Made by a program: the position numbers and the translations under genes. A stretch of DNA of 64,000 nt from Adineta vaga (taxonomy: Eukaryota; Animalia; Rotifera), in assembly GCA_021613535.1 (NCBI GenBank), contig CP075496.1, positions 12,338,001-12,402,000 on the forward strand. Direction: 5' to 3'. How positions within the stretch are numbered: the first letter of the stretch is position 1; the number at the start of each line of letters is the position of its first letter. The notes below the pieces were generated by a model that saw nothing but the letters and a program-made list of their open reading frames with translations, was not told where the DNA came from and did no database searches. This document shows positions 51,500 through 64,000 of the stretch, in pieces.

Positions 51500-52975
51500 T
51501 TAAATTTCAATTTTAGTTAATTCTAATTTACAATCGAAAGGATAGTCATTGAAATTCACTGATGCGTTTCTTCTAGTGATAATATAATCATCCTAATGAA
51601 GAAAAACAAAAACAAAAAATCGAGGTTATGTTTTTTTTCTCCTCTTTCTACGATAGAAATTACTTCTTTTTTTACACCAACGATCGTTTCAGATAATAAT
51701 GGTGACTGATATTGGTCATTTTCATTGTCATCAATAAAAATACATCCTTGACGAAGATCAGTGGATTCTAATGGATATGTTACATCAGTTTGAATACATT
51801 GTTCTATATGATTTATTGTATTGATAGTTGATTGAGATTGTTGCTAAATAATCGAAGAAGATTGACATATAATCTTTGAAAAGATGCTTACGGATATTAT
51901 TAGATTTTCTTCATCAATAATTACTAGAATAGATGAACAAAAATAAAATGAAATGAAAACAATTGACAAATTACATTTTTTTCGTTTCATTGTTGGCGAG
52001 AGAAGAATTTGATCATAATTATCAATTAAAGTTGAATCTTTTTGTTTTTTTAAATATTCTCTATAATGTATATCACAAAGATATCCATGTTTTTTTCCAC
52101 CTGATCGTCGTGGACAATCTCGTGTATAGTAATGACATAATGAATACCATTTTGTACCGTTCCATAACTGTCGGATCATTTGAATATCACCTTTTTTTGG
52201 ATTTAATATCGGTGATGTTTTAACTCGTGTAATTTGTGATTTGTTTTTCGAAAGTTGTAGTGGAATATTCGATTTCTTTTTTCGTATTTCCATATCATGT
52301 CGATGACAATAACCATGTCGGACAACATAAGAAATACAACTATTATAATTACATACAGAACGCCATGAATAACCATCATATTTTTGACGAATACCTTGAG
52401 AATTGAGCATTATGTCACCACGTTTATGAGATCTAAAGAAAACAATTGATTATTAAATGAATAGAAAACAGATCTCTACTTTACTCATTAACTTCACTAA
52501 GTTTTTTAGTTGATGGTTTTTTAGATCTTTGATTCTTTTGAGGAACTATTTTCGGCCCCTCTTGTCCACTTGGATTAATTGTTCCATTCGAAATACCACT
52601 ACCCATAGTAAGTAAATAATGTTTTCGACATAACCAATTTTCAAAATAAATTCCACCATTTAAATAAAGTGTACAATCAGGAATACAACATATACGACGC
52701 CATTTGATTCCATCAAATTTTTTTCGATGCCCTGGCTGATTTTCAACTGATTGTATATCACCTTTGACTGGCTTTGACTGAATTGGTAGATGTGGTAAAA
52801 TCGAGGAATCAGTCGATGAATGTTGATGATTAATTTTATTACATGCTGCATATCGACTACATGAACGATGAGTATGAGAACATGCCGACTCGAGAAGATC
52901 TTCATCAGAATTTATTGTAGAACATAATGAATTTTCCTCATCAGTGTCTTCATTGTCCGTATGTACAATGGGCAT
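51500..52975 (-). CDS. Uncharacterised protein with three Capicua-N-terminal-like KGD..R.K(F/Y)DG..WR..C..C..C..H repeats
   Basis: Three internal repeats are visible in ORFs 52481-53005 and 51844-52410. Terminal exons were read manually, and a short upstream coding exon near 53116-53158 is possible. Confidence 0.7.
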
Positions 52976-53434
52976 ATTATTATCTAGAAAGTAAAAACAG
53001 ATCATATCAAGTTTTGCTTTTTTTTTATTGAATTTGTGAACAACCTAAGGCAACGCATCAGTGACACCTTTCGAATATTCTTAATTTAGTATGAAAATAA
53101 TAGATATATTTTTACGTTCTATGACAACGCATCGATTCGTGACGAGCCACATGTACATGATTTTTTTTGTCTTTCATCATTGATGAAATATATATGTTCT
53201 CTTTCTGCTGAACATGAAAAACCTTGAGAAAAAATAGAAGGAATTCTTTTTTCTTGCTTCTTGATTTCACGTTAAATATTGAATGTTATTGTTAGAGTGT
53301 GCTACATAATTGAATTCTTACTACATAACACATACAAAACAAGGATTTCTCGAGGTATATTAATCAAAAAAGCATGGAGCAATGGGATATATAAGTAATG
53401 AAATGAAAATAAAATAAAAATAACGAACAAAATG

Positions 53435-54270
53435 TTAGCGTTTTGTTCGTACCAATGATGATGACCACTGTTTCATTGGTGAAAGAATATAATCATTAGT
53501 TTGCTGCATAACATATGCTACCGGAAAATAGATATAATCATTTGCATGTAATTGAATTAATGGTGATTGAAATGATGAAGTATCAAGTATTGAATAGGCT
53601 TGTCCGGTCGGTTTTTTGTCTGTAGATGATTTCCATGGAAGAGATATAGTAGATTTTGTGGGTGGAGATACTGTATGTTGAATAAGACGTTCAAGTTGTA
53701 CCATTTGTGCTGTTTGATTCGTTAATGTTAGTTCAAGTTCAGATAATTGTCGTTCCATATTCGCTAGTCGTTCTTGATGACGTGCTTCTTTATCTGTATC
53801 ATTTTTCGAACGTCGAGCATATTCTAATGCTAAGCCAGCAATAGCAACAGCCATGATTACCCCTGATAGGAAAAACATGTTTTAATTCGTAATCAATTCG
53901 TTTATAATTAATCGTACCTTCACCCAAAATATCAGCACCAAGTGCAACAGCTGCTTCTTCATTCATTTTGGCAACTTTCTTTGTTTCAATACCTAACATT
54001 CTCATTCGAAGATTAACATCATACCAATGATAAAATTGAGCAGGAGGCATACAAATCTAACCATAAAATAGGATTAGTATGAAAGTTACAATATCATGCA
54101 AAGTCCACGATATCTGATTGAAGAAAGAGGTAAAAACAGGATTTCAAAATACTCACATATTTCTTGAAAAATTCACTATTTTTTGCCCGTGCTTTTATCT
54201 GATTAGCAAGTGGTTTGCTGATTTGTTTAAAAAAGACAATAGCCAATTTGATAAGTGGAAATGGAGCCAT
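53435..54270 (-). CDS. OPA3: Optic atrophy 3 protein homolog, 3 exons
   Basis: MAPFPLIKLAIVFFKQISKPLANQIKARAK.SEFFKKY.CMPPAQFYHW..MRMLG..MNEEAAVALGADILGE..LEY. Confidence 0.93.
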
Positions 54271-54457
54271 CTGCTCGTTTTCCTTTTCTTTTTTCGATTA
54301 GTTAATAACTCTACAACGAATATAAATCAATCATATGAAAATATATCTAGTTAGTTATTCGAAAACAATCGATCGTAATTTATTAGAAATAAATAATATC
54401 ACAATTGAAAAGATAATATTTTGCAGAAATAAAATAAAAACGATTATTTCAAATAGA

Positions 54458-56703
<2,246 letters not shown>

Positions 56704-57971
56704 TGTAAAGAGCCACAGTTGTTTAAATTATATAGGTACGTAATTCTGGACACGTTGTGTTATTTATTTATTTTCTCTTCTTAAATATACCTATCTTTTT
56801 TACCTTGTATTCATTCGATAGAAAGGATATGCCCTCATTAAATCTTTGCTTAATGAAGCGTGCGAAAATCTTGAGCCCTATGAAACAACGACACAAACAT
56901 TTTTCATCGGACGATTTGAACGTAAGAGTAGTAATATTGATGAAATGATATTTTCGATTTGTTTCATCAAAGAATAACTTTCTGGAATCGATTGAATAGG
57001 ATGTTGTACGATTAAGTAATAACAATGCATGGAGAATATTATTTTTTTTTAATTAATTCAAAAAGTAATGCTATCGTTGCGATACTGTGTTCTGTTAATA
57101 AATTGAACAGTTCTAAAATAAATCAAAATCTTATCAATTTATTATTGTTTGTTTTATAGTCACAAATATTTGGAAAAAATTTTGATTAAAATTTACGAAT
57201 TTTAAAAATAAGGTTGAAAATAGTGTGTATATTTTGTAGGACTTAATTTTTGAAATATTGAAAAAAAAATAGCTTGTAGTTTTTTTTGTTGGAAAATATA
57301 ATGCAATGCAATAGACCAAACTTCGTTCGCATAGGTTGCATCATCTTCTCTATATAAGCAAATAGAATAGAACTGAATGAATAAAAGAATGTTGAAGAGG
57401 TCGCCATCGCACAGATATTTTCAATAACATATTGTATTTGAGATCAATATTTTACTGTTGACTCTATCGACAGTTCACTACAGGATTAGTTTACTGTTTT
57501 TTTCTATTACATTGATAATCTATAAGATATCTTTGCAATTCATTGAAACGATACTTTCCCGAAAGCATATATCGTAAACCGATGTATCGGTTTTCAATAA
57601 ATTTTGCATTATTATTAGTTTTATTTAAATACGCTATGAAAGAGGAAATCCGAGTTATTGTTTAATAAGGGCTTAAGAAATCGATGCATATTAAAGCTGT
57701 CAATAGCTGTTTTTTATTTCTCTTTTCAACGACAGTTTGCACATTGAACAACGGAAATGAATGTGTTCCGACTAATGTCAAAAAAGAAAGAAAGAAAGAA
57801 AGAAAGAAGGAAGGAATAATCGATAGGCGTGGATTTTGGTCTAAGACGTTAACGACGGTCGGTAACAAATCAAACGCTTGAAGAGACTAGAAACGATCGA
57901 ACAAAGAGTACGAGCTATTCTCATAGTCAAGACACATTCATCTGAATACTTGATTCAAGGTTGTGAAAAGT

Positions 57972-59335
57972 ATGAGTAAGTGTGTAGTAGATCGAATTAT
58001 TTGATATTTATAATAGTGTTATTTGGAGGTTTCATTCGAGAACTAGGCGCAGCTGAACGAATCTATTGTCGAGAACAAGCGAATTATGGAAATCAAATTT
58101 TAGTTCAAGTTATGATTACTAATGATAAGCTTGAAATCGATGAATCAACAGCTCGTTCAGCTTTAATCAAACTTTATCATGATTATTATCCAGTTCTTGG
58201 TTATGAAATTTGTCCTTCAGATGATCAAACAACATTAGTATATAAATCAAAAGATGTACAACAAGCTGAACAAGATCTTATGTCAAATTTCAAATATGAA
58301 CAAGTAAATTGAAATTTTTCCTACGAATATAAAAATAAAATCCATTCTCTTTGAAAGAATATCAATTGGCATGAAATATTCGAAAACGAATTGAATACTC
58401 CATTTGATGATACAAATTTAACTCGTTGGTTAATCATCAATAGAAAGATTCTTATCATGTCATTCTATCATGTTCTTGTTGATGCAAAAAATTTATTTTC
58501 AATCGGTCGTCGATATCTTTCCTTATGCTTATCTTTAACTATTGAAGATAAAAAATTCACATTTCTCGAACCAATGGAAAAATATCTATTTGATAAATAT
58601 TCATTCGAACCCATTTCTGATCTCGAAATAAAATCAAGGCCAATTCGACCTAATCCTATTGTTTCTCGAACAGCTGTTCGTTATTTTTATTTATCGAAGG
58701 AAATACTTTCGTATTTAATACATCAATGTCATTTACGTGAAATACGTTTGAATAGTATTCTAACAGTCATAACATCGATTGCTTATTACTTAGCATGTGA
58801 TTATAAAGAAGAAAAATTATTAAAAATTCATATGATGGTTAATATTCGACCACAACTTAAACTTGATTATGAACAAAGTGGTATGTTTGCAACTGTTTTT
58901 GATTGTTTTATTAAAATAGATCAACAATCTGCAATTGGATCGATATGGTCGAAAGCAATACAACAACATCATGATCTTCATAATCGAATTAAAGACAAAG
59001 AATATATAATGAATTGTAAAAATGATACTGATCTATTAAAAATGATAAATAATAATGAAGATTTTTCTCTCAATGATGTTGATTTTGCATTTAGTAATCT
59101 TGGTTTATTAAACAATACAACAGATAATCATATTGAAGAACATTATTATGGTGTTTCACTTATTGAACAACGTTGGACAAGTTTAATACTGGTTGGTATT
59201 AGTACAATAAACAATCATCTTTGCTTTACTATTACATATAATAAAAATCGAATATCGAAAGATTTTATTGAAAAATGGATTGAAAAAATTTATTATTTAT
59301 TTGAACAATTAGAAAAATCAAATACAAATGACTAA
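57972..59335 (+). CDS. Stand-alone CoA-dependent acyltransferase of the condensation-domain/alcohol-acetyltransferase/PapA5 superfamily, intron-poor
   Basis: N-terminal RELGAAE, HxxxD motif FYHVLVDAK, VNIRPQL, FAFSNLG and ISTINNHLCFTITY. One clear intron near 58305-58357, plus a probable short intron right after the ATG at 57972. Confidence 0.75.
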
Positions 59336-59344
59336 CACTGATAT

Positions 59345-62300
59345 CTATACATCAATTCCACTCGATTTTAATGTTAATAAAGAAATGAAATATTGTTGTG
59401 CTTCATAGACAATTCGTGCACATGGTCCATATGGAATTCCTAAACTTTGTAATTTCTTTTCACTAATATATGGTAATTCATAAATACCAATTTTTTCGCG
59501 TTCAAGTATTGAAGCATATTCTTCATAATTTAATAAACTTAAAAAATAACGAAGCATTGCTTCTGTACCAAAAAATCTGAAAGAGAAAAACCGAATGTAG
59601 AAGAATAAACAAAATAATTTCATTTACTGTTCAATTTTTCGTGCTTGTCTTGGATCAATAATGGAATTTGATCGTTGAATTGTTGATGTCGATGGCATGT
59701 AAGATGAGGAGAAATTTAATGGACTGCTACTATTAACTGTAGCAAGACGTTGAACATTTGCCGTAAGTAAACGTGAAGATTGTTGAGATGTTGGTGTTGC
59801 ACCAGACGGTACAGTTGATTGTTGTCGTGAATAATGATTATATAATTGTTGACGAAGATCAGATATTTCTTGACGAAGACGAAAAACATCGTCTTTAACA
59901 GTACGTTGATTTTGCATTTGAGCTGACAGTTTTGCAATTGATTCAGCTAAACTTATAATAGATGATTCAATTTGAGAAAATCGTTGATTGACTTCTCTAA
60001 AACAAAGAAATAATTTATTTGTAAAATATCGATATTTATGAATAGAATTTACCTCATATCAATATTTGATTGCCGTAAAGATGATGTAGGCATAATTTTT
60101 CGAAATCGATGTTTTCGACTATTATGATCCATTTGAGACGACACACTTGATTTCAAACTACCACGTACAGATTCAACATCCATATCAAGTAATTTAAGAA
60201 GATCATTGTACATTATTTGAAGATCTATATACATAGAGAATCAATTCGATTTCAAATGAATAAAATAAAACTAAACACAAACCAGTTAATTGTCTTCGTA
60301 TTTGTCCAATTTCTTTTGAACTCATACTAGAACTACGTGCAGTAATATTTGGTGTTGATGTTCGTATATTTGGATGTTTACGTAATTTTGTATCACTAAA
60401 TTCACTTGTTAAATCAGACCATACATCACTGCCAAGATCACTCGGAGGAAGTCCATGACGACGAGCCATATCTACAAATTAACTCGAACAATTTCTTATT
60501 GTTATTCTATTGACAATAAAAAGCAAAGACAAACATCATTTCGTCAATACATTATTTCCATATTGTTTTTCATTCAACTTATAATTTCAATGATGAAAAG
60601 GTTTATTTGTTAGGTTTCTTGAAATGCTAATGTATTTTCTTTCGATACAATTGTCAACATTTTCATTTTAACATACCTTCTTCTCGACTATGAGTTTCAG
60701 TTGCTGTTGTTTCTGAATCAGATTCATCATCATAATTTTTCAATCGACCTGGTGGTCGATGTGCTTTTGAACTTTTCCGATTGGATAAAGAGCCAGATGA
60801 TGATCTAATAACAAATCTATTTCGTTGTTTTTTCCATATACGATTTAATTCTTGAGTTGCTGGTGATGGTGGAGAAGTTAATGAACTTTTACTTCTTTGT
60901 TGTTGATTCATATATTGTTTGCTTGTTGATGTATTTTCAGTTTGAGTTGTTTCTTTGCTGAAATATTGTGAGCCGAGATCATCTCGTTCACTGTAAATAT
61001 TTTCAAGTAAATGTTTTCCCGATGAACGACGATTATTTGCATTGAAATCAGATCCAGATGTTGGTCGTTGATGTTGAACAATAACATTTGGATGAATATC
61101 AATAACTTGTTGAGCTTTAACAGGAGATGCTGGTCGTTTAAATGTATTGATTGGTTCGACTTGAATATGATGATGATTTGTATATTTTTCTCCGATATTT
61201 GTATTAGAAATTGAATAATTTTCATGAATTTGAGAACGTAATTGTTCATCAGATAATCCATTTGAAATGGGTTCATGTAACTGTGATAATTGATCATCAT
61301 TTCTCTGTACTGCACTTTGAATATGTGGATTAATACTGACTTCAGGTAATGTTCGATGTTGATTATCAGCACTTGGTATTCGCGATGTTAAAGATTGTTT
61401 ACGGGATACAGATCTTGTTACTGATGAAGGATTTGATTCAGTTTTAGATTTCTAATTAAAGAAAAGAAAATCAAAATTTTAATCAAATGAATGCTATACT
61501 AGTCTACTTTCGATTTATCATGATTTTCATCGACATTTACACTATCGAAATTGAATCCATCTAATTGATGTAAATTTACATCAAGACTTTTTGCAGGTAC
61601 ACGTATTGGTGTTGGTGTACGTGTATGATCAGTATCAATTGATTTGACGACATTTTGTGCTGGTGCAATGTTTGTAGGATGATGATGTCCATTTGTTGGA
61701 CTATTTTCAGATGAGATTCGAGTATTTGATGATCGAGATGTTGATGGTCGTTTGGTAATAAGTTGAGCAGGAAGAGGACCTTTTGTGACACCGGATGCTT
61801 GATAATAAAAAGTGGATGTAGCTCCTATATCATGATTTGAATAAGATGTTGTTCGACTTGTTGATGGCCGAGAGAGAATCGGAACAGTATCTAATGAAGA
61901 CGAACGACCATTGGATATTAGCGTAGGTGTTGGTTCTTGACGCAATTTTTTTAATGATTTTGAAACAGCAATATTTACATTTTGTATGGTTGTTTCTGTT
62001 TGAGATCGTGTATGATTATTTATCTAGAGAAAAGAAAGACATATTTCTAATGATTAATAACGAAGAAAACATTTTGTTTCAATTATTTACTTGAGAATTG
62101 GAAGGCCAACGATGATCGCTAAAAATATTAATGTAAAGATAGAACAAAAAACAATATTTGTTTTCTAAAGATTTTTACGAACAATCGTTGATCATTTGAC
62201 GGATGTGTAGTTAGAAATTCTTTAACAGGCTTAAGTGGACGTTGATGAGATTGTGTTTGAGTATGATTAGAAGGCTGTTAAAAAACAAGAAAACATTTCG

Positions 62301-62811
62301 TAGTTTAAAAAAATAAATGAAAAAAAAAACAATATAAAAGTAAGTCCATCTACCGAATGCGAACGCAATTGATTGCCATCATTACGTATACCAAATGATG
62401 TTAATGGTGTACCTTCTAAAAAAACACTTTGATATCGTTTTGGTGTTGAACCACTTGAAGTTGAATTCGATGGTACATGTTGAAGATGAGATGCTTCTTC
62501 GGATCGACGAGTTCCTTTCTCCTTAAATAAATAAAAGCTAATGTTCAATTGGATCTGATGTAATATGACTATTTTCATAATCATGTATTGATTATGTGCA
62601 AAACTTTTCTTTTTCTTTATATTCTCACATTCTATTCACTAATACTTGAACATCGTTGAATAAGCAAACTATTCTTAAAATGATCAATTAGATCAAACAA
62701 AGAAATTTCCAATTCTTTTGATTGTTCAAAGAAAATCTTTTACATTTAATATACCTTCAATTTTTGTGGAACGAATGTAGTTGGTTTAATTGGACGAGTT
62801 GCAGTAGCCAT
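59345..62811 (-). CDS. Ser/Thr/His-rich protein with a coiled coil and a C-terminal SAM domain, multi-exon
   Basis: SAM: LRYFLSLLNYEEYASILEREKIGIYELPYISEKKLQSLGIPYGPCARI. Coiled coil: FSQIESSIISLAESIAKLSAQM..LRQEISDLRQQ. ATG at 62811 inferred. Confidence 0.75.
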
Positions 62812-63504
62812 TAATATATGTATGTATTTATACAACTAAAAGTATTTCGATCGAGAAAACGTGAACATCATTTTTGTCTGCACTCATTATAATGGTTGTA
62901 GGAGAGCGACATTTGTGAGCTGCCAGCATGGTTGATGACAAAACAAATAAAAAGATTTTTGGAAAATGAATTGAAAAGAGAAGGAATTTGTATATTAAAG
63001 AATTTATGCCGTAAAAGAAATCAACTGAATGTTGAAGAATAGAAATAATAGGTGAGCAAGAAAGCGAGAGAGAGAGAGAGAGAGAAAGAGGGCAGAGAGA
63101 AAATGAAAGAAGAAAAAGAAAATGAATCGAACGAATTTGTTTATTTCCTTATCCATCACGACAGCATGATTTCGTTGATCATCGTCAATATTTTTAAGAA
63201 TAATGAAAAAGAAAGAGAAAAAAAGAGTTTTCGTTTCAATTCACCATTCGTCGATTTCGGCTTTGTTTGTATGATTAAAATTATATAGGAAAAGAAAAAG
63301 AAAGAAATATTCTAATCGATTGTTGAGTATGACATTGAAGTTGAATTTGATAGGTTTCATATTCTTATTACCTTTCAAGAAATTAAAAATTTCGTATGCA
63401 AAAAATTTGATAATCGAACGAACAAAAGTCATTTTATTTATTTATTTTTATTTTTTTCATAGATTAAAACTAATCACTGAACAAAATGAAGACAGATGAT
63501 GTAT

Positions 63505-64000
63505 TCAAAGCATAAATGGTAAATCTTTATTTTCTTCACCAACACCAAAATAAAGTGAACCAAAACGATTCGTTTCTGGAATATGAAAAAAGGCCATACC
63601 AAGCCACTGAAGACTACGAATTTGCACTAGGCCACTTCCACGTTCATACTGAACGCTCCAACCTAAAATTTATACAAATCAATTAATGCATAACTTCACG
63701 TTCATCTTTACATACCTTTTGGTATATCTTCATCGATTGTATCAAGAAATTGAACACTTTTATCAAGATTTGATCGATGTATAAGGCTTTTTTGTTGAAG
63801 TTGAATTGGTTCACGAAAATGAAAATAATTTGTCAATTTACCGGCTTCTGTTATTGTTAATCCTATGAAAATAAAACGAACTATTTACATGGAACAATTT
63901 CTTTATTTTATTTTTTACCTTCAAATGTTCGATTTCGTTCAACATTACCATTTGGTTGGAGAACATACGAACTTCGTGGAATAATTAAAGCATCTTGTTC
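63505..64000 (-). CDS. RSPH9: Radial spoke head protein 9, 3' exons only (5' part outside the window)
   Basis: IIPRSSY..NRTFEGL..AGKL.NYFHFR..FLDTIDEDIPK.WSVQYERG..IRSLQW.G..FFH..FGSLYFG.GEENKDLPFML*. Confidence 0.92.

Overview
AT-rich eukaryotic (animal) genomic DNA with compact genes and very frequent 50-60 nt GT-AG introns. It is most consistent with a bdelloid rotifer; this is an inference from composition, intron size and gene families, not a database result. About 19 protein-coding genes can be assembled by eye: rabphilin (3' truncated), beta-hexosaminidase, NKRF-like, TMEM68-like acyltransferase, SCAMP, RBMX2, LYAR, an F-box/LRR gene, a 20-kb LRP2/megalin, a ubiquitin-like protein, a GNAT acetyltransferase, a divergent PA28, Aurora kinase, ROPN1L, a protein with three Capicua-like Cys/His repeats, OPA3, UGP2, a condensation-domain/AATase-like acyltransferase and a SAM-domain protein. 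The 3' end of RSPH9 closes the window. The most striking signals are in the splicing architecture. (1) An obligatory 2-nt exon (AG) builds the Arg-Asp of the catalytic HRD motif of Aurora kinase. (2) SCAMP has two consecutive pairs of duplicated, apparently mutually exclusive exons for transmembrane helices 3 and 4, with a CUAAY array upstream. (3) Rabphilin has a 9-nt microexon. There is also a poly(A)-tailed retroposed insertion with a 13-bp target-site duplication in an NKRF intron, and a probable antisense membrane-protein gene nested in an LRP2 intron. Exon boundaries were read manually and need RNA-seq confirmation.
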